This document shows, in pieces, positions 9,338 through 19,272 of a stretch of 64,000 bases of DNA. Source of the stretch: a virus; IMG/VR virus record IMGVR_UViG_3300026488_000020, positions 20,235-84,234 of that record; one strand, 5' to 3'. The position numbers were made by a program, and so were the translations under genes. The notes under the pieces are model-generated. The model was not told the DNA's origin and searched no databases. It saw only the letters and a program-made list of their open reading frames with translations. How positions within the stretch are numbered: position 1 is the first letter of the stretch; every line of letters starts with the position of its first letter.

Positions 9338-10984
9338 ATGAGAGCACTAACACAACAAGACGTTGTGACACACCTATCATCAACAGTTGATGATAGCGTC
9401 ACATCATGGGAACAGGTTCCGGGAACATCAGCAATGTTGAATTTAGATTTAGCAGTACAAAGATTTATGCAAGCTGTAAATAACAATGAGCGAATAGTTT
9501 TTGTTCATGATAGTGATGCAGATGGGCTAGGAACATATATGTTATCTATGATTTTCTTTAAAGTGTTTGGATATGCGAACATTGAAGTTATAATTACTGA
9601 CCGTAAAAATGGTTATGGTTTTGTACCAAAATATGTTAATGATAGAATTAATGACAATGTTGGATTATACATAACAGCTGATAATGGTATCACAAGTTTA
9701 GAAGCATGTGCCAGAGCAAAAGAATTAGGAATTGATACAATCATAACTGATCACCATCAAGTAGACTCATATAGAGGATTACCTGATGCAATCGTTGTTG
9801 ATCCACATCAAGAAGCAGATTCATTTCCATATCCAAATATTAATGGGACGTTTGTATATTGGTACTTCCTTAATGCAATTCAAGAAGTATCAAATACTCC
9901 TATAAATATGTATACTGAATTTTTACCGGAATTAGCATTAACAACAATATCTGATGTTATGCCGTTAACTGGTATCAATAGATTTATAGTTAAACAAGGT
10001 TTACATGTTTTTCCAACGCATCATCGACAGTGGGTAAAAACTTTTTTTGAGATGCATGATCGTCCGAATGTTACAGCCGAAGATTTATCTTTTGGTTTGA
10101 TACCATCAATAAATGTTACATCAAGATTAACGAATGCTGAGGAATCAGCAATGTTTTTAACTCGTGAAAATCATTGGGAATCAAAAGAATGGTTAACATA
10201 TATAAAAACTTTAAATGATGTTAGAAAGAAAAAGCAAGAATCATTAATGAAAGATATTAATAATTTATATGCATCATGGATTGATGCTCCGTTTATATTG
10301 GTGCCTGGAAAAGATTTTGAAAAAGGTATTTTAGGACCAACAGCTGGCCGAATTGCTCAGCATCATAGAAAGCCTACGATAATAATGTCACTAAATAAAG
10401 CAGGTGATACATATTCAGGGTCAGGTAGAAGTACAGGAGCAATTGATTTATTAGGGTTAGTAAAAGATAATCCATATGTTATCAAAGATAAAACTGGTGG
10501 GCACAAAGCTGCATGTGGAGTATCTGTACCAGAAGAAGATTTGATACCATTTTGGCAACAGCTTCAAAAAGATACAATGGCTTTACATCCAGATCTATAT
10601 ATTGATAAACAAGTTGAACCTCTAGGTAAAATAGAGCTTCGAGATATAGATTATGAATTATTTAAAAGTATTGATGCTTTTCAACCATTTGGTGAGAAAT
10701 TTAAGAAGCCATTATTTTATGGTAGAGCGATTTTTAAAAAAGTTGCTAAAATGGGAAAAGATAAGAATCATTATCAGATGATCATATCTGATGGTTTAGG
10801 TACAGAAATTCGTGCAGTGTGGTTCTTTTTTACAGGAGAATTAAAATCAAATAAAAAATATGGCTTCGCATTTACAATAAATAAAGAAACATTTAAACCA
10901 AAATCTGATGAAGATCTAAGTTTAATGATTGAAAAAATTTATACGGAGGTTGAGTGGTCAGACATTGAAGATAAGGTTGATTAA
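9338..10984 (+). CDS. recJ: ssDNA-specific exonuclease RecJ (DHH family)
   Basis: HDSDADG, TADNG, TDHH, ISDVMPL, GSGRS, GGHKAACG, FQPFG. Confidence 0.95.
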   Translation: MRALTQQDVVTHLSSTVDDSVTSWEQVPGTSAMLNLDLAVQRFMQAVNNNERIVFVHDSDADGLGTYMLSMIFFKVFGYANIEVIITDRKNGYGFVPKYVNDRINDNVGLYITADNGITSLEACARAKELGIDTIITDHHQVDSYRGLPDAIVVDPHQEADSFPYPNINGTFVYWYFLNAIQEVSNTPINMYTEFLPELALTTISDVMPLTGINRFIVKQGLHVFPTHHRQWVKTFFEMHDRPNVTAEDLSFGLIPSINVTSRLTNAEESAMFLTRENHWESKEWLTYIKTLNDVRKKKQESLMKDINNLYASWIDAPFILVPGKDFEKGILGPTAGRIAQHHRKPTIIMSLNKAGDTYSGSGRSTGAIDLLGLVKDNPYVIKDKTGGHKAACGVSVPEEDLIPFWQQLQKDTMALHPDLYIDKQVEPLGKIELRDIDYELFKSIDAFQPFGEKFKKPLFYGRAIFKKVAKMGKDKNHYQMIISDGLGTEIRAVWFFFTGELKSNKKYGFAFTINKETFKPKSDEDLSLMIEKIYTEVEWSDIEDKVD

Positions 10985-11202
10985 TGAATTGGTTTGAAAA
11001 ATGGTTTTTGAAACAAGTATTTAAAAAACAAGTAAGACAAGGTTTTTTTCATCATGCGAACATTATTGAATTATATACAATGATTGGTAATGCAGCAAGA
11101 GATGAATTTCATGAAGATAATGAACAAACTTTAAAACACTTTTTAAAAGAGTGTTTTGATAGTTCGTTAAATAATATTAAGAAGGCAGCAAGCAGATGGT
11201 AA
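10984..11202 (+). CDS. hypothetical protein
   Basis: TAATG coupling to recJ. Confidence 0.6.
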   Translation: MNWFEKWFLKQVFKKQVRQGFFHHANIIELYTMIGNAARDEFHEDNEQTLKHFLKECFDSSLNNIKKAASRW

Positions 11203-11597
11203 GATATGATAAAAAAGATTCAATGGGTAATAAGCCGAAAGTAAAAGAAGATTTTAAAAGAGAACATGTTCAAATATCAAAAGATATTATGCAAAAGATC
11301 TCGAAGATTTATATTGATAGATTAAAAGCTTTAGAAGTCAATGATGTTAAAATTGTGTCAAATGTTCATAGAGATCAAATTATTTTTAATGAGGCAGTAT
11401 CACTTACACAATTAAGCACAAAACTTGGTAAAAAACTTGTATCAAAAAATGAGTTTGCAAAAGAGTTTTATATGTATTCATTGGATTCAATGATTGATGA
11501 AGCATATGGTAAAAAAGTTACAGCAATACAAGAGTTTCCATATAGTTTTCAAGAGACTCAAAATGACAATGTTATCACATTTGAGTTTATAGTTTAA
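11196..11597 (+). CDS. hypothetical protein
   Basis: ORF ending at palindrome. Confidence 0.6.
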   Translation: MVRYDKKDSMGNKPKVKEDFKREHVQISKDIMQKISKIYIDRLKALEVNDVKIVSNVHRDQIIFNEAVSLTQLSTKLGKKLVSKNEFAKEFYMYSLDSMIDEAYGKKVTAIQEFPYSFQETQNDNVITFEFIV

Positions 11598-11640
11598 CGA
11601 TCTTTAAAGATCGTTTTCATTAGTATAGAAATAATACATA
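11596..11640 (+). promoter_or_regulatory. bipartite motif TCTTTAAAGA-N15-TAGAAATA (putative phage promoter), upstream box within a perfect 20-bp palindrome
   Basis: Box 1 at 11601-11610, box 2 at 11626-11633; same spacing at 54432 and 61776. Confidence 0.7.
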
Positions 11641-11662
11641 TTACACAAACAAGGAATTAAAA

Positions 11663-12706
11663 ATGGAAAGAGTAGAAGCACCAACAACAGTACAAGCAGT
11701 AGAGACACATGTATCACAATCACCGGCAGTAGCACCTGTTCAACAGGCAGCGGCAGTAGCACCTGTTCAACAGGCAGCAGCAATTGGTATTGACATTGGA
11801 GCAGCATTAGCTGATACACCTGCACCTGCACCAACACCTGAACAAGTTCAACAAGTTGCGCCCATTGAAGTTTCACCAATGGATATTGCAGTTGAGCCTG
11901 TAAAAGAAGCAGAGATTGCACAAGCGAAAGCTGAATCTCAAGCAGCGAAAGCAAATGAAGAAATTGAAGGTACAGAAATTGCAAGCATTCGTTCAGATTA
12001 TTGGGGCGGTTTCACAGCAGCAATTGAAACCGTATCTGCAAACTTAGGTTCCGAAGATGTTGTTAGTATTAAAAAAGGTAAGCTGGTAGCATCAAAAGAT
12101 GGTGGAATCATTGATTGTAATCTTACAAATCTTTTTGGAGATCAAGATTGGGACATTCAAGATCCAAACTTAAATCTTAAACTTCTAAAACTTATTAGAG
12201 GTGGAGACACAATTACAATCATGAAAGATGGAAATAAAAATCTTATTTATTCATCAAGTGCTGGAAAAATTCATTCATCAATTGCGATTACAACTCCTGA
12301 TACTACTAACTTCAAACAGACAGAATTGGTTGATCTTGGAACAATTAAAACTAAATTTGAAATTGATAAAGATGCTGTAAAAAATCTTATCACTGCTCGT
12401 AACATCTATAGTGCGCTTTATTATAATGTTACAATCGATACTAATACTTTTGAAATTCTTTCAATTGATGTTGATGATAAATTTAAAGAAGTATTTCACA
12501 GCGCGACTGGTCGTGAAACTATGAGATATAAAGTTCGTGAATTATTTCCAACAGCTAAGCCTGATTCTATTATTTTAGAAATTTATGATAATGCTGGTTC
12601 AGTGTTTATTCGCTCAGTAAATGATTATGCAATCACTACTATCTATTTTCAAATCGAAGCAATCACTAATGAGGTTCGCGCAGATTTAGATTTCGATGAT
12701 ATGTAA
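11663..12706 (+). CDS. putative sliding clamp (gp45/PCNA-like) with ~105-aa low-complexity N-terminal extension
   Basis: ~240-aa beta-rich two-domain-like core located upstream of clamp loader; mostly contextual inference. Confidence 0.5.
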   Translation: MERVEAPTTVQAVETHVSQSPAVAPVQQAAAVAPVQQAAAIGIDIGAALADTPAPAPTPEQVQQVAPIEVSPMDIAVEPVKEAEIAQAKAESQAAKANEEIEGTEIASIRSDYWGGFTAAIETVSANLGSEDVVSIKKGKLVASKDGGIIDCNLTNLFGDQDWDIQDPNLNLKLLKLIRGGDTITIMKDGNKNLIYSSSAGKIHSSIAITTPDTTNFKQTELVDLGTIKTKFEIDKDAVKNLITARNIYSALYYNVTIDTNTFEILSIDVDDKFKEVFHSATGRETMRYKVRELFPTAKPDSIILEIYDNAGSVFIRSVNDYAITTIYFQIEAITNEVRADLDFDDM

Positions 12707-13062
12707 TGAGAACATTTTCTCCTGCAATGGACCATATTTATAAAAAGGTCCAATATCATATTGATAACTTAGACTCAAAAGGTAATGGTGAAATCACAGC
12801 TCTATTTATAGAAGCTGCTGATTCAATGAATAGAACTTTTCAAAAATATTTTGAAGAGATGAATGCTATTGTAGATTCGGATATCAGTAGAAGAATTAAA
12901 ATTAATATTTTACAAAGTATTCATTTAACTTTTGATGATTTATTTGATGATTTCGATGCAATTTCGGACATTTTAGGAAGTGTTGTTTATCATAAAGAAT
13001 TTAGTTCTTTTATTAGCAATGTTTTAGATACAAAATATAAGAGATGCTTAGCTAAACTTTAG
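12706..13062 (+). CDS. hypothetical protein (possible clamp loader small subunit)
   Basis: Helical protein coupled between putative clamp and clamp loader. Confidence 0.35.
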   Translation: MRTFSPAMDHIYKKVQYHIDNLDSKGNGEITALFIEAADSMNRTFQKYFEEMNAIVDSDISRRIKINILQSIHLTFDDLFDDFDAISDILGSVVYHKEFSSFISNVLDTKYKRCLAKL

Positions 13063-13070
13063 GAGAATCA

Positions 13071-14102
13071 ATGGAAGATTTAATGCAGAAGCCATGGTTT
13101 GAAAAACATCGTCCTCGAGATATAGATGAAGTTGTTTTTGAATCAGCTGAAGATGAGAGAAAGATTAAAAGTTTTATTGAACAAGGATACATACAGGGAA
13201 ATATTATCTCGTATGGTCCAGGTGGTGTCGGAAAAACAACAATTAATAAAATTTTATTACATAGTATTGTAAAAACAAAAGATGATTATTTTGTTCTAAA
13301 AAAATCAGTTGCAAGTATTGAAGAATTGAAAGGTTGGTTAATAAACTCATCAATTGCTTCTAAGCAACGTATTGTTATATGCGAAGAGTTTGATCAACTT
13401 AGTCCTCAAGCGCAAACTGCTTTGAAAGATGGACTAATGGAAAAATATATGCCTAAAGTCGCATTTATTGTTACGACAAATAATATACATTCATTAGATC
13501 CAGCATTGTTGCAAAGATTTAATGAAAAACTTAATTTTACAACATTTAATGTTGATGGATGTTATTTTAGAATGAAACATATTTTAGATTTAGAGAATGT
13601 AAAATATGTTGAAGATGAGTTATATCAAGTTGTTGATTCTTTTAAAAATAAAGGAATTCGTGAACTTATTAATAATTTACAATCTGCGTCGGTAAATGGT
13701 GAATTTTCGTTAGCAAATTTAAATGCTAATATTATCAGTACATCTGGTATTGAGGATATTATATTATCATATATTAAATATTATTTTCAAGTTATACTTG
13801 CTGAGACAGATATGGAGAAAGTATTTACAATATGTAATACACCAACACAATCAGTAGTAAATGATTACTATTCACCAATGTTAAAATTTATGGAAACTGA
13901 TCCATCTATAAATTATGATTATATCTACCGTACACTATTAAATGATCATGATGTAACATTACCGTTAAAGAATGTTATTACAAAATACTATCAACAAGCA
14001 AAATTGGTGCCTTTGAATAATATTCACTTACAATCATGCTTATTTGAATGTTTTGTAAGTTTGTATACTTTAAAAGGTGGAGAGAAAAAATTAATTCACT
14101 AA
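13071..14102 (+). CDS. clamp loader AAA+ subunit (RFC small / T4 gp44-like)
   Basis: PWFEKHRP, GPGGVGKTT, ICEEFDQLS..AQ.AL, LLQRF. Confidence 0.92.
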   Translation: MEDLMQKPWFEKHRPRDIDEVVFESAEDERKIKSFIEQGYIQGNIISYGPGGVGKTTINKILLHSIVKTKDDYFVLKKSVASIEELKGWLINSSIASKQRIVICEEFDQLSPQAQTALKDGLMEKYMPKVAFIVTTNNIHSLDPALLQRFNEKLNFTTFNVDGCYFRMKHILDLENVKYVEDELYQVVDSFKNKGIRELINNLQSASVNGEFSLANLNANIISTSGIEDIILSYIKYYFQVILAETDMEKVFTICNTPTQSVVNDYYSPMLKFMETDPSINYDYIYRTLLNDHDVTLPLKNVITKYYQQAKLVPLNNIHLQSCLFECFVSLYTLKGGEKKLIH

Positions 14103-14118
14103 CATGAATCATTAAACG

Positions 14119-14796
14119 TTGAAAAACAAGGAATTTATTATGAAGTTATTCATTCTAATCACATTTATTACAATAACATTATATGCTAAAACTCTGAACA
14201 CCATCCAAAAGGATAATTTAGAATTTGCGTATAATGTTGGAAAAACATTTACAATTGGTGGAGTGCATCTAGGACATTCTGTTTCAGCATTAATGCTTAA
14301 TGAAACGGAAGCTAGAAGATCGGTAGTTGGTGACAGATATCGATTAAAACATTACATTAAAGTTAATGGTGCACTTATTAAAATTAAGTTTACTATAAAA
14401 AAATCAAAAAATTATGAGGGCAAGATTTTCAAAGTTATAACTAAAAGAACTTTAAATCCTTATAATAAAAGATCATTTGGATATTATCAATTTAAAGTTG
14501 CTACAGCAAAACCTTTAATTCGAAAATATAAAAGATTATCAAATTATAAACATTTATTATTAGATGATTCATTATTAATTAATGCATTGTTAAATGATTT
14601 AACATTTTCAGCAACACTTGCTGGTGTTTATTTAGTTGATCGTTATAATTCCGCAAAGAGATTAAACTTATCAAATCCGCGAAATCGTGCAATATCCGCA
14701 TATAATGGTGGTTGGGATAATACTGAATATTTAAGTAAATTCCGAAAACATATAAAAATTGTTTTGACCTTAGGTCGAACATTACACTGGTCTTAG
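14119..14796 (+). CDS. lytic transglycosylase / lysozyme-like protein with signal peptide (start probably 14140)
   Basis: Signal peptide, LNET, FGYYQF..TA, AISAYNGG...Y. Confidence 0.7.
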   Translation: MKNKEFIMKLFILITFITITLYAKTLNTIQKDNLEFAYNVGKTFTIGGVHLGHSVSALMLNETEARRSVVGDRYRLKHYIKVNGALIKIKFTIKKSKNYEGKIFKVITKRTLNPYNKRSFGYYQFKVATAKPLIRKYKRLSNYKHLLLDDSLLINALLNDLTFSATLAGVYLVDRYNSAKRLNLSNPRNRAISAYNGGWDNTEYLSKFRKHIKIVLTLGRTLHWS

Positions 14797-14888
14797 GCCA
14801 GTATTCTTGTCGCAAAATCTCTAGGGATTAATGCATATATTTCTATATTAACTTTGGGAAATACAAACAGTTACCATAGAAATAACTA

Positions 14889-15010
14889 TAATAGAAGAAG
14901 ACTTTTACATATGATAGGTCTCATACTCTCAGCTATACGTTGGTCATCGATGACAACTGTAGCTGAGTGGTGTGAGTCGCTTGACTATGTAGTAAGTCTT
15001 TCTTATTTTA
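14889..15010 (+). ncRNA. candidate structured RNA (long imperfect hairpin)
   Basis: Nested helices AAGACTT/AAGTCTT, TACATA/TATGTA, CTCATAC/GTGTGAG, CTCAGCTATA/TGTAGCTGAG, GTCA-TCGA-TGAC; G-U pairs only on +; TAGAAATA box just upstream. Confidence 0.6.
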
Positions 15011-15032
15011 TTCAAAAAATTAAAGGGGTACC

Positions 15033-15251
15033 ATGTTTAAAAAAATTAAAGTTTTAAAAGATGCTATAATGGCTAATGATATGGAAACAGCAAAAGAAAC
15101 GATAAAAGATAGTTTATCAACAATACACACAGATACATTGCAAACTGTAAGAGAGAGTACATTTGAAGCATTAGTATGGGGAGAACAAACGATAAAAAAA
15201 GCTAAAAGTAATTTAGCAAAAACAATCGCAGAATCAATAGGAGATAAATAA
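15033..15251 (+). CDS. hypothetical protein
   Basis: AGGGG RBS; coupled to SWIM gene. Confidence 0.6.
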   Translation: MFKKIKVLKDAIMANDMETAKETIKDSLSTIHTDTLQTVRESTFEALVWGEQTIKKAKSNLAKTIAESIGDK

Positions 15252-15643
15252 TGATAGCATTACAAGATTTAGCAAAGCCACCTAAAGATTATAATACAAT
15301 GGTGGCGCGCAAAACTGGAGTTACCCCAAATAAGGTTGAAGGTGTTGTAGTCAATAAAAAATCTGGAAAAGGATACAATGTAGTTATTCTTATGGATACT
15401 GAAGAGATGCAACCAAATTCACAATTAAAAGTATATTGTAATTGTGACGATTTTAAGTTCAGATGGGCTTATGTTTTACATCAACAATCAGCTTTATTGT
15501 ATCCAGCAAAGTTTAGATTAGAGCCACCAAAAAGTACAAATCCTGATCAAATTATGAATGCGTGTAAACATATTCATACCTTTATTAAATCAGAATCAGA
15601 TAAAGGTTTAAAAGCATTTTCTAAAAGAAAAGGTAGTTTATAA
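15251..15643 (+). CDS. SWIM zinc-finger protein
   Basis: YCNCDDF...ACKHI (CxC..CxH). Confidence 0.75.
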   Translation: MIALQDLAKPPKDYNTMVARKTGVTPNKVEGVVVNKKSGKGYNVVILMDTEEMQPNSQLKVYCNCDDFKFRWAYVLHQQSALLYPAKFRLEPPKSTNPDQIMNACKHIHTFIKSESDKGLKAFSKRKGSL

Positions 15644-18600
15644 TGGCTATTGAATTATCATTTTCTCTTTTTGAGAATGCATATAAATTAAGAGGCGTTA
15701 CCAATCCTAGCCCTCTTAAAGCTGGTAAATTCAAATTTACAGAAGATGGTTTATATAGTGAATCAATATTTGGTCCACTAAAATCATATTCTTGTAATTG
15801 TGGAAACTTATTTTCACGTGAGAATACTGGAATCAGATGTCCAACGTGTGATGTATTATGTGATACAAATACTTTACGAAGTTCAACTTTTGGTAGAATA
15901 GATTTACCAAAAAATATTTTTATTGTGTTGCCAATTTTTCAAACATTCTTAGCAAATGTTTTTGGACAAACAGCAATTAAGAGTTTATTAGATTATAGAA
16001 AATATGAAACCAATAAGCAGAAGCCTTATTTTTATTCGATCCAACAGCAGAAACTGATTAAAGGAAGTGCCTTTAAAAAGACAGAAGAGCGGATAATGAA
16101 GGAAGTGTATGATATAACAACACTGCATAAATTGTATAGAGCAATGTTAAAATCAAAAGTATTTCGTGAAAATATAATTGATCATTTATCTGATGCTAGA
16201 ATTGCAGATTTTGTATTCGTAAATTTTATTTTAGTTATTCCACCAGATTCTAGACCATTGGTTCAATTGAATAAACAATATCAAGCGCATCCAATAACAG
16301 CAGCATATACTGAGATTCTTAAGAATATTAAAAATTCTTTTCTTGATAAAGCATTTGTAACTAAATCCGAAGGGTTTGGACAAACAGTTTATAAATATCA
16401 AAAATCAGTTAATAAACTATATGAAGAAGTTACAGATAAAAACTTTCAACGTAAAGAGAGTATTGTTCGAGAATCATTAGCTGGTAAAACTGTTGAGACA
16501 TCTCAACGTGCAGTTATTGTACCTGAGCCAGTACTTGCTCCAGGTTCAGTTGCATTGCATGAAGAGACTGTAAAAAAGATTTTTCAGCCTGAGTTATTAC
16601 ATTTTGTGAATAAACAATATGAAGCACAAGAAGGTGATTATTCAATTACTAATTTTGTAGAAACTGTTCATAATCAAACATCATCAAATGGTGATATTAT
16701 TATCGATGATCAAATGTTTATTGATTTCTTAGATGCGAAAGCTTCTGATTTACGAATGATAATGGAGCGACCCCCAGTTTTATATAGATATAATATGGGT
16801 AATGTTTTACTCGGTTCAGTTTATATGGATAATAAACATGTGGGATTTAAACAAGATAGAGTTATTGGAGTAAATTCCATGAATGCTCCAATGTTTAACT
16901 TTGATTTTGATGGAGATTCAGTATCAATATATGCTTTAACCTCAAAACAATCTAAAGAAGCATTTAAATATGGATACACTGAAAATTCAATCGAGTTTGA
17001 ACATAATAGAAACCTGATTCCTAGTTTGGAACATGAATCAATTTATGCCGCATACATGTTATCATTAGGTGCAAGTAAAAAAACTATTCGTAAATACGAC
17101 ATTGATGAATACGATGATTTCGATTCAATGAATGTTACTATTGATAGCATTAATAGAACACCTGGTAGACCAGTAGTGATTGCTGGTAAACAATATCCAT
17201 ATATTGTTGCGGTATTAAATAAAGCTTTAAATTGCAACAAAGAAATTTATGATGGGTCATATGTTTTAAATAAAAAGAATATAAATAAATTATTAAAGTT
17301 GTTAAGAGCTGAAGTTGGAGATGTTGAATTCTTTACTTATATGCATAACTTTGATAAATTTTTATTAGAGTGTTCTACTATTATTCAAGATTGTAATCCA
17401 ACATTTGATTTACACGACTTTGCAATTGGTAATACTGAGATTGATGAATATAAAACAACATTGATTAATGAACCATATATAGCATTTCATCAGAATGATA
17501 TATTATTCCAAGAGTTGGTTACACCAGCTGTAAAAGAATCAGATACAAATATTCTATCGAGAGTTTTTGAATCTGGCGCAAGAATAAAATCAGTACAACT
17601 TTTAAAAGCTGTATCAAATAATGGTGTACCGACAAATATTTATGGTAAAGCATTCCAAGAGAATATTAAAAATTCTTTATTAGATGGCTTGACAAAAAAA
17701 GAATTTTTCATGGGTGGAGATTCGGCACGACTTGCTCTAGCACAAAGACAGGAAGCGATTCCTAAAGGTGGAGAACTTCAGAGAAAATTTTATTACAGTA
17801 CTGGTTTTTTAAAATTATCAGATGATGATGATTGCGGGAGCACTAGAGGTTTTGAATTTAAGATTGTTGATAAAACACATCTTGAATCATTATTTTCCAG
17901 ACATTATATGGATGGTTCAGAAATTGATACAACAGATATGAGTCTTATTGGTTCATATGTAACTTTACGCTCACCTATATATTGTGAATCAAAAGGTTAT
18001 AAAATTTGTAAAAAATGTTTTGGTAAAAAACAACCTCAGTCGAAAGCATTAGGTGCATCTATTGGTGCATATATCTCTGAGTCGATAATCCAATCTGTTT
18101 TAAGAACGCATCACTTTAGTGGAGCGTTTATTACTCAGATTAATTCAGTGATGGTAAAATTGATTAAGAAATTAAGATTTAAGTCACCAGATTTAGTATA
18201 TTATGATGATGAGCAAGATATTCATGACTTACAAGAGTTATTAAATTCTGCAAAATATTATGATTCTGCAAATATGGTTGAGTTAGTTAAACAAGATGAT
18301 GATACAGATAATGTTCATTATAAAGTTCAAATTAATGAGTTACCATTTAACGATGATTCAGTTAAACAGTTAAATAATATTGTTGGTTATATTGATAGAA
18401 ATCGTTCTGTTGATAATCTGATTAGTATTCCAGATATGTATAATTTTCTATTAGATAATGTTGTATTACCAAATGGTATGTTATCAATATTTATCGAACT
18501 AGTTATTAGTATCTTATATTATGATGAACATGATGTTATGATTCGATATTCTAATTTAGAACCTGACCATCAAGTAGCATTGAAAAATGTTATTGATAAG

Positions 18601-18723
18601 TTAGATCCAAAATTAGCAATATTTCACAATTTTAGTAATAAGGCTATTAATAGAATTTATACTACTAAAATAGATGGTAATTTAGATCATATGTATTTTG
18701 ATCTGATAAATTGCTATCATTAA
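15643..18723 (+). CDS. rpoC: multisubunit RNA polymerase beta' subunit (phage-encoded)
   Basis: DGLYSESIFGP + Zn ribbon, VIPPDSRP, RAVIVP, RPPVL, catalytic NFDFDGD, bridge helix GGELQRK, LRSPIYC..CKKCFG, trigger-loop ISESIIQSVLRTHH. Confidence 0.95.
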   Translation: MAIELSFSLFENAYKLRGVTNPSPLKAGKFKFTEDGLYSESIFGPLKSYSCNCGNLFSRENTGIRCPTCDVLCDTNTLRSSTFGRIDLPKNIFIVLPIFQTFLANVFGQTAIKSLLDYRKYETNKQKPYFYSIQQQKLIKGSAFKKTEERIMKEVYDITTLHKLYRAMLKSKVFRENIIDHLSDARIADFVFVNFILVIPPDSRPLVQLNKQYQAHPITAAYTEILKNIKNSFLDKAFVTKSEGFGQTVYKYQKSVNKLYEEVTDKNFQRKESIVRESLAGKTVETSQRAVIVPEPVLAPGSVALHEETVKKIFQPELLHFVNKQYEAQEGDYSITNFVETVHNQTSSNGDIIIDDQMFIDFLDAKASDLRMIMERPPVLYRYNMGNVLLGSVYMDNKHVGFKQDRVIGVNSMNAPMFNFDFDGDSVSIYALTSKQSKEAFKYGYTENSIEFEHNRNLIPSLEHESIYAAYMLSLGASKKTIRKYDIDEYDDFDSMNVTIDSINRTPGRPVVIAGKQYPYIVAVLNKALNCNKEIYDGSYVLNKKNINKLLKLLRAEVGDVEFFTYMHNFDKFLLECSTIIQDCNPTFDLHDFAIGNTEIDEYKTTLINEPYIAFHQNDILFQELVTPAVKESDTNILSRVFESGARIKSVQLLKAVSNNGVPTNIYGKAFQENIKNSLLDGLTKKEFFMGGDSARLALAQRQEAIPKGGELQRKFYYSTGFLKLSDDDDCGSTRGFEFKIVDKTHLESLFSRHYMDGSEIDTTDMSLIGSYVTLRSPIYCESKGYKICKKCFGKKQPQSKALGASIGAYISESIIQSVLRTHHFSGAFITQINSVMVKLIKKLRFKSPDLVYYDDEQDIHDLQELLNSAKYYDSANMVELVKQDDDTDNVHYKVQINELPFNDDSVKQLNNIVGYIDRNRSVDNLISIPDMYNFLLDNVVLPNGMLSIFIELVISILYYDEHDVMIRYSNLEPDHQVALKNVIDKLDPKLAIFHNFSNKAINRIYTTKIDGNLDHMYFDLINCYH

Positions 18724-18739
18724 TCTTAAAAGGGATTAC

Positions 18740-19042
18740 ATGAAAGTTACAAAAGAATTAGTTTGGGATGATGAAACCAGAAATGGTGATTGTTATATGA
18801 TTTCATATTATGATGATCTTGAAATCCAAGTTAACTATTTTGGTAAAGATTGTTATGGACTCATAATGGAATATTGTGGTGATCTAATTTTTGAAAACGA
18901 TATTAGTACTAATATCAACGTTGAAAGAGAAATTCTAAAAATGTTAAAAAAATATAAGATTGCGCATGGAGCATTAGAGTTCCCAACAGAAGTTGAATTT
19001 GAAAAAATTTATATAGAATCTAAAAAAAATAAGGAAAAATAA
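18740..19042 (+). CDS. hypothetical protein
   Basis: AGGGA RBS. Confidence 0.6.
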   Translation: MKVTKELVWDDETRNGDCYMISYYDDLEIQVNYFGKDCYGLIMEYCGDLIFENDISTNINVEREILKMLKKYKIAHGALEFPTEVEFEKIYIESKKNKEK

Positions 19043-19266
19043 TGTTAAAGTCATTCACAAAAAAAGATCTAAAAAAAGTGTTAAAAAATAAACTCGTTCA
19101 AGCAGGTGTACTTATTGTTGGTGCAGGATTTATTCTTGCAAACTTTTGGTCAATTGTTGGTTACGGTTTATTGGGTGCAGTTGTAGTTGTAGGTGGATTA
19201 TTTGCATATGGTATGTATGAAGGTTATAAAGAAAATGCAGAAAATGCAGACGCTAAAAAGGATTAG
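19042..19266 (+). CDS. small membrane protein
   Basis: Two Gly-rich hydrophobic segments. Confidence 0.6.
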   Translation: MLKSFTKKDLKKVLKNKLVQAGVLIVGAGFILANFWSIVGYGLLGAVVVVGGLFAYGMYEGYKENAENADAKKD

Positions 19267-19272
19267 ACTTAA

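Noticed and set aside
14889-15010. SRP RNA or tRNA
   Set aside because: No GNRA-capped domain IV motif, no cloverleaf or TTC loop
14854-15057. 67-aa ORF over the long hairpin
   Set aside because: TTG start without a clear RBS, atypical composition; the pairing pattern is better explained as RNA structure
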